A stretch of 64,000 bases of DNA. It comes from Bacteroidetes bacterium HGW-Bacteroidetes-4 (GTDB lineage: Bacteria > Bacteroidota > Bacteroidia > Bacteroidales > SZUA-534). Of the stretch, positions 8,717 to 16,547 are shown piece by piece; the stretch's first letter is position 1; each line of letters begins with the position of its first letter. The stretch is from the NCBI GenBank assembly GCA_002840905.1, contig PHDD01000012.1, positions 80,144-144,143 of the forward strand. The letters run 5' to 3'. A program made the position numbers and the translations under genes. Under the pieces are notes generated by a model. The model did not search any database. It was not told the origin of the DNA and worked only from the letters and a program-made list of their open reading frames with translations.

Positions 8717-9832
8717 ATGAGTTTGATTGTTGCCAATAACGCCAATTTGTGGGGCAAAGCCTCAAAGCCTTTCGTAACTGAATGGACTGTTCCCGACAAT
8801 ACAACGGTGACGCTCCCACATTTAAGCGGGTATGTTTATACCTATTTTGTTGACTGGGGGGATGGCTCCCCCCGCAAGTACGTAGCCGCTTATAATGACC
8901 CTAATGCCTCACACACCTATGCTGTAGCCGGAACCTACGAGGTTAAGATTGTGGGGACTTGTGAGAGCTTTTGGGTGAGCAATGGAGCTATGAAAGGTTA
9001 TATCACGAAGCATTTAAAATTTGGTGATATAGGTCTTGTGGCTTTGAATTTTTATGGTTGTTCTAATCTTACCGGCACTATACCGGATGATTCTGAGGGA
9101 CTCAATAAATTGGTAAATGGAGCCGCAATGTATTTTGGCACGAGTGTTTCCGGGTCAATTCCTTCAAACTTCCTTTATTATTCTCATTTAGTAACCAATC
9201 TATCATATGCGCTTGCTAGTACAGATTTAACAGGAATAGTTCCGGTAACATTTCTCGACCATTGCACCGAATTGACTAACATAAGTAATTTATTCTCAGG
9301 CTCACAAATTTCTGGGGGGATACCAGTTAATTTCCTTATCTACTGTACAAAGCTAACGAATGTTCGGTATTTGTTTAGAGAAACCCTGGTATCAGGAGCT
9401 ATTCCAGCAAACTTATTTATAAATTGTACTTTACTAACAGATGCCGCAGGAGTGTTTTGGATTTGCCCAAACATTACAGGGGCAATTCCGGCAGGTTATT
9501 TGTCAAATTGTACGCTACTAAACACAGTTTACGGCCATTTCAGAGATACTGGCATTTCTAATACAATTCCAAACGATTTTCTTTCAAATCACCCATATTT
9601 AGCAATAGTTTCTTATTTGTTTTATAACACTGATTTATCAGGTGATGTACCTGCCAATTTATTTGCAAACAGCCCAAATATTACTGAAATGATTGGAACG
9701 TTTAGGTTCCTGTCCTTATTGACTGGGGATGCCCCAGCTTATTGGCTCCGGGTGCCCGAACCGAACGGAACTACATGTTTTGGAAGCTGTAATTTTGATA
9801 ATCAAGCATTAATACCTGCAACATGGAAATAG
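8717..9832 (+). CDS. Putative receptor-binding protein: PKD-like domain plus ~9 LRR-like repeats of ~27 aa
   Basis: PKD-like signature FVDWGDGSPRKYVAAYNDPNASHTYAVAGTYEVKIVG. It is followed by repeats of the form F....(L/I)(S/T)G.IP.NF(L).NC..LT....., for example FSGSQISGGIPVNFLIYCTKLTNVRYL. It is the last large gene of the tail module. Confidence 0.6.
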   Translation: MSLIVANNANLWGKASKPFVTEWTVPDNTTVTLPHLSGYVYTYFVDWGDGSPRKYVAAYNDPNASHTYAVAGTYEVKIVGTCESFWVSNGAMKGYITKHLKFGDIGLVALNFYGCSNLTGTIPDDSEGLNKLVNGAAMYFGTSVSGSIPSNFLYYSHLVTNLSYALASTDLTGIVPVTFLDHCTELTNISNLFSGSQISGGIPVNFLIYCTKLTNVRYLFRETLVSGAIPANLFINCTLLTDAAGVFWICPNITGAIPAGYLSNCTLLNTVYGHFRDTGISNTIPNDFLSNHPYLAIVSYLFYNTDLSGDVPANLFANSPNITEMIGTFRFLSLLTGDAPAYWLRVPEPNGTTCFGSCNFDNQALIPATWK

Positions 9833-10035
9833 ACCTTATACAATCAGAGACAAGCGAGATGACACTAATTAACTTGGGTGATATATTACCCCCTGAAGTA
9901 ATTACTGAGGTGGTTAACCTTAGAGCCGGGTATGCTATCGATATCCGCGCCACAAACGAGAGTCCAAGGCTTTTGGTTAACCTGGGGGAGCTTATTGCCC
10001 CGGGTGTTATTACGCAGGTGTTTAACGCTAAATAA
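9823..10035 (+). CDS. Small phage protein (70 aa) with an internal duplication
   Basis: It overlaps the RBP gene end by 10 nt. LINLGDILPPEVITEVVNL and LVNLGELIAPGVITQVFNA are two copies of one motif. There is no TM segment. Confidence 0.4.
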   Translation: MEIDLIQSETSEMTLINLGDILPPEVITEVVNLRAGYAIDIRATNESPRLLVNLGELIAPGVITQVFNAK

Positions 10036-10040
10036 AAAGC

Positions 10041-10080
10041 TTTTAAAGGTAATACACGGGAAAAGTATTAACCTTTAAAA
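10041..10080 (+). terminator. Hairpin after the tail module
   Basis: TTTTAAAGGT (10041-10050) pairs perfectly with ACCTTTAAAA (10071-10080). The stem extends imperfectly through GGTAATAC/GTATTAACC. There is no clean T-run. Confidence 0.5.
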
Positions 10081-10089
10081 CTTAAAGTC

Positions 10090-10878
10090 ATGCGAATTTA
10101 TTTAAAAACGCCGGTAAGCTACTACGGCGGTAAACAAATGATGCTCAAGGAAATTTTACCGCTCATTCCTGAGCATTCGCTTTATTGCGAACCCTTTTGC
10201 GGCGGTGCAGCGGTGTTTTGGGCGAAAGAACCCAGCAAAGTAGAGGTAATAAACGACCTTAACACCGAAGTAATAAACTTTTACAGGGTTTTAAAGCTAC
10301 ATTTCGACGAGCTTTACAGCCTGGTTCAATCCACCATCCACAGTCGCCAGCTTTACGACGACGCACGGGTAATAAGTTCAAACCCTCATTTATTTTCTGA
10401 AGTAAAACGCGCCTGGGCCTTTTGGGTAAACACGTCGCAAAGCTTCAGTTCAATTATTGGCGGCGGCTGGGCTTATGCCCGCAAAGAAAACACTTGTGAG
10501 AAAAAGGTTGACAATGCAAAGCTTCGCTTTCAGGAGGTGTTTAGCAACCGTTTAAGCCGTGTTCAAATTGAAAGCCAGGACGCGCTCCGGGTGATAAAAA
10601 GCCGGGATAGTGTTGATACGTTCTTTTATTGCGATCCGCCCTACCCGGAAACTGACCAGGGTCATTATACGGGGTACACACAACATCATTTTAATGCCCT
10701 CCTGGAAACATTGTCGAATGTTAAGGGGAGGTTTCTTTTATCGTCGTTCCCTAACGCTGAGCTTAATAAATACGCACAGCGGTTTGGTTGGATTCAAACA
10801 GAGCACTCTAAAAACCTGTGTGCTACCAAAATAAATAAGGGTAAAAAGAAGGTGGAAGTATTGACCCGGAATTATTAA
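10090..10878 (+). CDS. dam: Orphan DNA adenine methyltransferase (Dam / D12 class N6-MTase)
   Basis: N-terminal YYGGKQMMLKEILPLIPEHSLYCEPFCGGAAVFW (SAM-binding FxGxG-type) and the catalytic DPPY in FFYCDPPYPETDQGHY. No adjacent restriction gene is present. Confidence 0.9.
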   Translation: MRIYLKTPVSYYGGKQMMLKEILPLIPEHSLYCEPFCGGAAVFWAKEPSKVEVINDLNTEVINFYRVLKLHFDELYSLVQSTIHSRQLYDDARVISSNPHLFSEVKRAWAFWVNTSQSFSSIIGGGWAYARKENTCEKKVDNAKLRFQEVFSNRLSRVQIESQDALRVIKSRDSVDTFFYCDPPYPETDQGHYTGYTQHHFNALLETLSNVKGRFLLSSFPNAELNKYAQRFGWIQTEHSKNLCATKINKGKKKVEVLTRNY

Positions 10879-10884
10879 TAAAAA

Positions 10885-11012
10885 GGTCAGAGTGCAAGCG
10901 CCAACTATCAAGGGAAACCCAGGGGGGCGTAAAAAGCCCCGCACTCTGACCCGTATTTTGGTAATACACGGGCAAAACGCGGGGTTTCCCTTTTAAAATT
11001 TTGATAGTTGGC
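10885..11012. repeat. Interleaved inverted repeats between convergent genes (terminator or structured element)
   Basis: IR-A: GGTCAGAGTGC 10885-10895 pairs with GCACTCTGACC 10941-10951. IR-B: GCCAACTATCAAGGGAAACCC 10900-10920 pairs with GGGTTTCCC 10982-10990 plus TTGATAGTTGGC 11001-11012. Inner hairpin: GGGGC-GTAAAAA-GCCCC at 10924-10940. Confidence 0.6.
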
Positions 11013-11032
11013 ACTACAAATATAGGCAGGTT

Positions 11033-11521
11033 TTAAAAGTTTTGAAGCTTTTTATTGAAAAAACTTAAAGCCTCCTTATCCTCCACACCCAGCAGGCGCA
11101 CAAACAAATAGATGCAATAGTAGGGTTTAGTAATTAAATCCTTGTAATCCTTCCAAACAACATCCCAAAGCTCCTCCATTCCCGAAAGCTTTAAGTGAGT
11201 AAGCTGCAAATAAATGTCTAAATATCGGGAGTATTCGCCGCCCTGGTTCCACGTCGCAGAGCTGCGGTACTTTCTGAACTCCGGCAATGATGCCTTTACC
11301 GTGTTTTTTGCTTCAATGTCCTGAATTACGTTTGACAAAGCAAAGAGGTTTTGCTTAGCAGTCAACAAAATAGCCTGCTCAATTTCATCGTTCATTCGGT
11401 CTGACTGCAATACAGCCTCAATAGTGCGCACCGATTTTTGAGTGTGCAAGCTTAGCTGTTGTTTATCAGCCTTGCTTATAAGCTGCCTAATGGCTTTCAT
11501 TTGAATTTCTGAGATTATCAT
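11033..11521 (-). CDS. Hypothetical protein, possibly a DNA-binding regulator at the prophage edge
   Basis: 162-aa ORF convergent with dam. The N-terminal segment LSLHTQKSVRTIEAVLQSD resembles a helix-turn-helix. Its promoter region contains a palindrome. Function is not recognised. Confidence 0.55.
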   Translation of the reverse strand: MIISEIQMKAIRQLISKADKQQLSLHTQKSVRTIEAVLQSDRMNDEIEQAILLTAKQNLFALSNVIQDIEAKNTVKASLPEFRKYRSSATWNQGGEYSRYLDIYLQLTHLKLSGMEELWDVVWKDYKDLITKPYYCIYLFVRLLGVEDKEALSFFNKKLQNF

Positions 11522-11529
11522 ACGTCAAG

Positions 11530-11555
11530 TTTGTAGTTTATTTACTACAAAAGTA
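11530..11555 (-). promoter_or_regulatory. Candidate Bacteroidota-type -7 promoter element overlapping an 8-bp palindrome
   Basis: The minus strand reads TACTTTTG (= TAnnTTTG) at 11555-11548, 27 nt upstream of the ATG at 11521. TTTGTAGT (11530-11537) and ACTACAAA (11544-11551) form an inverted repeat. Confidence 0.4.
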
Positions 11556-12018
11556 AGCTATTTTTAGTATCAATCCACAAATTGTAGAGTGATTCATTTT
11601 AAGCCTATTTACGGCACTAGTCAAAAATACCTACTAATACAGCTTCGATAAGATAAACCGTCTTATTCTCAGTGTATTTGCCTTAGAGCGGATAAATGTT
11701 AGATTATTTTCCCTGGATTGTCGGGTATTTACTACAAAAAGTAGCTATTTTCGTCGCGATTATAGGTGTGTTTTTCCATTGCAAAAGTGTACATTTGGAA
11801 TTGTTTAAATGTACATTTGAAATCGCGGATTATAAATAAGAATAAGTTTTTCACTGTACTATTTTTTTAGTTAGAAAACCCGAAAATAGAAATATTCTTT
11901 CACTAATTCAATTTTTACTCCCGCGCAAATTTTATGTTATGGGATTGCTTTGGGTATGTGCCGTGCTAAAATGCGATGAATTCTTCTGTTTGTTGGCTGC
12001 TTAGCCAGTCGGGTTCAA

Positions 12019-13932
12019 CTATTCCAGGTAATTCCTGAGCAGTTGTATAAATTGATTTTCGTCGATAGGGTTTTGTACTACCATATCGCCAATGGGTTCA
12101 GGAATAAACTCGACCAGTTCTTTTTCCACGTTATTGTGGGCTATAACCGGTATGTCGGGATAATTTTCTTTAAGGCTTTTTACCAGTTCCGAAGCAGGCA
12201 TGTAGGGAAGGTAGAGGTTTACTATTATCAGGGTTACCACTTGGTTTTGTTCCAGTAATTCGAGGGCTTGCCGGGCTCTTTCGGCAAAAACTAAAGTTGC
12301 CTGGGTTTTATGCAACAGGGCTTTTAGTTTTTCGTCCTCCCAGGAATGCTTTCCGATAATTAACAAGGTTTTACCTATTAAATTTAATTCGCTTGTTTGA
12401 ATTGATTTTTGCTTATTTAACTGGGGCTTTACCGGAATGCTCACACTAAACATGGTTTCTTTTCCGGGAATACTGACAAACTCGATGGTTCCGTTCAATA
12501 ATTCAACCAGTGCCTTTACAATGGACAAGCCGATTCCGGTTCCACCATACTTTCGGGTGTTTTGGTTGTCGAGTTGCCGAAACGATTCGTAAATTTCCGA
12601 TTTAATTTTTTTCGATATGCCGATACCCGTATCTTTTACCATTAAATTTAGCTTATTATTGGGTGTAATATCAATAAATACATCGATATGCCCCTCGTCG
12701 GTGAACTTAATGGCATTGTCGATGAGCTTGGTGGCAATTTGTTTTAATCCTTCCAGATCGCTTATAATAGGGCAGGGGTTGGGAATGTTATTGATAATGG
12801 AAAAAGTCAGTTTGTGTTCTTTAAGGATGAAAACTTCGCGGGTATAGCGATTGGCCAGCTCTTCAATCAGGATATTTATATCGAATAATTCAGGATGCAG
12901 GGTATATTGACCCGATTCGAGCCGAGCCATCATCATAATGTCGGAAATTACATGCAACAGGTTGTTGGTACTGGTTTGTATAATGTTGAGGTAGCGGTGG
13001 GCTTCGTTGGTGTTTATGTCATCGCCCTTGAGCAGGGTGGTAAACCCAACAATAGCATTCATGGGTGTACGAACCTCGTGCGACATGTTCGACAGGAAAC
13101 TCGACTTCAGTTGGTCGGCTGCCTGGGCTTTTTCTTTAGCCTCTTGCAGCAAACGGTTCGATTCTTCGAGTTGTTGGTTTGTTAGGTTGAGTTGTTGGTT
13201 TATTTGCTGATATTCCTGATTGATTTTTTTACTTTCGTCGATTTGTTTCTTTAAAAGCTGCTCGGTTTGTTTCCGGTTTTCAATCTCTTTCGACAACAAT
13301 CGGTTAATCCGTTGCAGGTTCACTTCATGCAGGTTGCTCAATTCTATTTTTTGGGTTAAAAATTGCAGGGTTTTATTCCAAAACATAAAAATTACTGCAG
13401 CTACTATCGAAAACAGCAGCAGTAGCATGGCCCAGCTCGAAAGGGAATCTACAAAAAGTTCCACATCGGCCTGAATGGTAAGTAGCTTAAAGCGGAATAA
13501 AAAGGCGCAGGCAATATAGAAAACTATAACCGTGGTAAGCGAAATAATGCCCCACAACTTGTTTATGAGAATGGCTGCAAGTACCACAAACAGTAATAAA
13601 AGTAAAACGCCCTGCGACAGCAATCCATAGGTTAATATTCCCCCGGCTCCTACGGTAAAGATTACCATTAACAGAATCCAGGCTCGGAGCTGCCACGACA
13701 TCAGGTTGCGCCACACAAAACTTGACAAAAGTACCATAGCCATAACCACATGGTAATAATTTAAGGGGGTAATGCCGAATTCACGAATACGCAGCAGGGT
13801 TCCCAGCAGGGCAAACCACATAAATATAATAACAATCCAACCCAGCAAATCGACCAATTTGGCTTTTATCTGGCTCAGTTCATTGATGGTAGCACTGGAA
13901 TCAGTTGTTGTTGGTTTTGTTCGTTTAATCAT
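12019..13932 (-). CDS. Membrane-bound sensor histidine kinase with a degenerate C-terminal receiver-like domain
   Basis: About 6 N-terminal TM helices, then a coiled-coil. H-box FLSNMSHEVRTPMNAIVGF. ATPase G-boxes DTGIGIS and GGTGIGLSIV. The C-terminal REC-like fold has N where the phospho-Asp is expected (LIIVNLYLPYM). Confidence 0.9.
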   Translation of the reverse strand: MIKRTKPTTTDSSATINELSQIKAKLVDLLGWIVIIFMWFALLGTLLRIREFGITPLNYYHVVMAMVLLSSFVWRNLMSWQLRAWILLMVIFTVGAGGILTYGLLSQGVLLLLLFVVLAAILINKLWGIISLTTVIVFYIACAFLFRFKLLTIQADVELFVDSLSSWAMLLLLFSIVAAVIFMFWNKTLQFLTQKIELSNLHEVNLQRINRLLSKEIENRKQTEQLLKKQIDESKKINQEYQQINQQLNLTNQQLEESNRLLQEAKEKAQAADQLKSSFLSNMSHEVRTPMNAIVGFTTLLKGDDINTNEAHRYLNIIQTSTNNLLHVISDIMMMARLESGQYTLHPELFDINILIEELANRYTREVFILKEHKLTFSIINNIPNPCPIISDLEGLKQIATKLIDNAIKFTDEGHIDVFIDITPNNKLNLMVKDTGIGISKKIKSEIYESFRQLDNQNTRKYGGTGIGLSIVKALVELLNGTIEFVSIPGKETMFSVSIPVKPQLNKQKSIQTSELNLIGKTLLIIGKHSWEDEKLKALLHKTQATLVFAERARQALELLEQNQVVTLIIVNLYLPYMPASELVKSLKENYPDIPVIAHNNVEKELVEFIPEPIGDMVVQNPIDENQFIQLLRNYLE

Positions 13933-15077
13933 GTGGTGCCTTAGCTCGCTTTGGTTGGTTAAATTTAAAACATTTTTGGTATTCTCAGCATTTATCCGGG
14001 CAATATTTATGGGCAGGTCCTATTTTTAGTACTTTGTACACCGGGTGGGTCCCGGTTATTTAAAACAGACGTAATTTGTTTACGTTTTCTTTCTGAGGTA
14101 CTTATCCTTTGTTTTGGAAACTGTTTTCAATTTAAATTTTTATTTGAATTTACAAAAATGGTTTAACTTGCATTTACTTTTTTAGACAACTGAAATTATT
14201 TGAAAATGAATTGTTTGTATTTTATTACTTAAGCAAATTAATGTGTGGTTTTACTACAAATTTGTTCAATAAAACCTGAGCTTATGAAAAAACTTCATCG
14301 CGAAAAAGCCAAATGCCGACTTACGGGCTTTTGAAAGCCCATACGCATACTTCAAACGTTTTTTGGATGAAACCGACAGTAGTTTTTGTGCTGCTGCAAC
14401 TTTTTTGTAAAAACCCGTCGTAGTTTTTTACTTTTGTTTTTTTCTCCAACTCACCGGTAATTTTCAAAATAAAATCATTTCAGGTATCTATTCTCAAATG
14501 GTAGCGGGCCGAAACAAATTTTTTTAAGCGGGGAGTGTAACGAAATAATATTAGTCTCGTCTATAACTCGAAACCTTGATAACAGAAACGTTCTAATTAA
14601 ATCATAAGATTATATAAAAGTATTTAAAATTAAGGAGTTGTATCATATTCCCGACCGGAAAAAATACGCTCGCATGTTGACCCTTAAAACCCAATATCAT
14701 GAAAGCTGAGTCTGATTTTCGAACCTATTTACCTAAGCCCCTTTTAGCCCTTTGGGTTTTGGCTATAGGTTTGAAGATTTGGCTCAAATCCTTTACTTTG
14801 TTGTTAATTAGCAGTCTACTCAAAGGAATTCAAGGTGCATACCGTTTGTATGTATTTGGTGATTGTACATTTGTATCCGTTTCCCGGGTAGCCTTTAATA
14901 CACCAAAGAACGCATCCGATCCTAAGCCCCGAACAGCTTTGGAAACAGCATCCGGAATTTTAGAATCAATAATGGTATTTATAAGTGGTTTTAAGGAAAC
15001 CCCATGGTTTAAATTATCACGTGTGGCATTTACCCTTGCCGGCACAAATAGTTATATACCCTTAAAACCAAATTATT

Positions 15078-15431
15078 ATGAAAAAACTTGTTTTATTGAT
15101 GGCAGGCCTGATGATTCTGGCTGCATCGAGTGTAAGTGCAAAACGGTTGCCAACAGCGGCAGCCAAGTTACCTGAGGCTTTCAAAAATAAAATTGAAAAG
15201 TCGATAGATTATCCTCAACAAGCTGTTAAAAACGGGCTTGAAGGCGATGTATGGCTTAAAGTATGTGTAAATGAGGAATCGCGGGTTAAAATTATCGATT
15301 TAAGTGCCACCCATCCCGAGTTGGGCGAACATGTTAAAAAAGAACTGGGTTCCCTTTATGTGAATAACCCGGGTTGCATGGCTGGAGAGACCTTTTACGT
15401 AAAAATACGATTTACGGTAACTAATTTGTAA
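15078..15431 (+). CDS. Secreted TonB C-terminal-like domain protein
   Basis: Signal peptide MKKLVLLMAGLMILAASSVSA, followed by YPQQAVKNGLEGDVWLKVCVNEESRVKIIDL, which is typical of the TonB_C fold. Confidence 0.6.
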   Translation: MKKLVLLMAGLMILAASSVSAKRLPTAAAKLPEAFKNKIEKSIDYPQQAVKNGLEGDVWLKVCVNEESRVKIIDLSATHPELGEHVKKELGSLYVNNPGCMAGETFYVKIRFTVTNL

Positions 15432-15498
15432 AGACTTCTTAGTGTTGTTGTTTGCATGCGACGAAGCGTTTCTCAGACGTGGAGCATAGTAGTTAAAG

Positions 15499-15530
15499 CG
15501 GATCAGAATAGCGATCCGTTTTTCTTTTTT
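15499..15530 (+). terminator. Rho-independent terminator (shared by convergent genes)
   Basis: CGGATC (15499-15504) pairs with GATCCG (15513-15518), followed by TTTTTCTTTTTTTT. Confidence 0.6.
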
Positions 15531-16547
15531 TTAGCGGTTCGACGAAGTACGTACAATTAAAGTAGCCGGAACTATAACTTCTTTGGTTTCGCCATGCCCC
15601 AGTTTGCCTTCAATTTGCTCAAACAATAGTTTGGCAGCAAGAATACCGATTTTCTCGGGATTTTGATCCATAGTGGTCAGCGTAGGTTCAATATAACGCG
15701 AGCGGTTGCTGTTCGAGAAACCCACCACAGCAATATCGTCAGGGATACTCAGCCCCATTTCTTTAATGGCAAACAAAGCGCCAATAGCTACTTCGTCGTT
15801 AATTCCAAAAATGGCATCGGGCGGGGTTTCCATTTTTAAGAGTTTCAGCGTAGCTTCTTTGGCATCTTCAACGGTTAAATTGCACCGGACTATCAACTTG
15901 GAGTCGATTTCCATTTGGTGGTTTTCAAGTGCTGCTTTATAGCCCCGGTAGCGGTTTCGCCCAATAAGCATGTGTTCGGGACCGGTTAGTAAGGCAATCC
16001 GTTTGCATTTTTTTTCAATCAGGTGCGAAACAGCAAGATAAGCCGCATCGGCATCGTTGGCCACCACTTTGGGGACGTTTATTTCTTTTGAGGTACGGTC
16101 GAAAAGCACTAGGGGAACATCGTTCTCCTGAATGTAGTGTATGTGATCAAATTTATCGGTAGCTTTCGAAAGGGAAACTATCATCCCGTCGACACGGTGA
16201 TCGATAAATCCATAGACGTTTTTCTGTTCTTTTTGTTTGTCTTCGTTTGATGAACTGACCAGAACCAGGTAACCCAGTCCGTTGGCAACCTGTTCAATGC
16301 CTTTAACCACCGATGCATAAAAGGCGCTTACAATTTGTGGAACAACCACACCAATGGAATACGATTTTTGGGTTTTTAGGGCTACTGCCATCGAATTGGG
16401 GCGGTATTTCAGCTTTTTGGCCATCTCGCGCACCAAAACTTTGGTATCTTCTGATATCTCCGGTTTGTCCTGGAGTGCCCGGGAAACGGTTGAAACCGAT
16501 ACGCCTAAGGCTTTTGCGATATCTTTTATGGTGGCTGCTTTTTTCAT
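15531..16547 (-). CDS. LacI-family transcriptional regulator
   Basis: N-terminal HTH ATIKDIAKALGVSVSTVSRALQDKPEISEDTKVLVREMAKKLKYRPNSMA, plus a periplasmic-binding-protein-like sugar-binding core. Confidence 0.9.
   Translation of the reverse strand: MKKAATIKDIAKALGVSVSTVSRALQDKPEISEDTKVLVREMAKKLKYRPNSMAVALKTQKSYSIGVVVPQIVSAFYASVVKGIEQVANGLGYLVLVSSSNEDKQKEQKNVYGFIDHRVDGMIVSLSKATDKFDHIHYIQENDVPLVLFDRTSKEINVPKVVANDADAAYLAVSHLIEKKCKRIALLTGPEHMLIGRNRYRGYKAALENHQMEIDSKLIVRCNLTVEDAKEATLKLLKMETPPDAIFGINDEVAIGALFAIKEMGLSIPDDIAVVGFSNSNRSRYIEPTLTTMDQNPEKIGILAAKLLFEQIEGKLGHGETKEVIVPATLIVRTSSNR

Larger units (their letters stand above)
1..11521 (+). mobile_element. Partial prophage: siphovirus-type tail morphogenesis module plus accessory genes. 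The left part lies outside the window; the right boundary is unresolved, between ~10.9 and 12.0 kb
   Basis: Tightly packed or overlapping + strand genes in canonical order: major tail, chaperones, tape measure, Dit-like, Tal-like, fibre/RBP, then a Dam methylase. Hand-counted 60-nt lines give ~50-62% GC here versus ~30-45% after 12 kb. No integrase, tRNA or att pair is seen in the window. Confidence 0.75.

Noticed and set aside
10610-10834. 74-aa alternative-frame ORF within dam
   Set aside because: It is nested in the dam gene, which has intact FxGxG and DPPY motifs in its own frame.
9823-11521. A lysis cassette (holin/endolysin) after the tail fibre genes
   Set aside because: The 70-aa protein has no TM helix. 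The next genes are a Dam methylase and a soluble 162-aa protein. No muramidase, amidase or holin-like sequence is seen, so lysis genes must lie outside the window or be absent. The LysM glucosaminidase at 17546 is in low-GC host context with a signal peptide.
14699-15175. 158-aa ORF upstream of and overlapping the TonB_C-like gene
   Set aside because: It has no recognisable motif and an implausible sequence. It overlaps the 15078-15431 gene, which has a proper signal peptide and domain. I treat the region as non-coding or unknown (see finding).
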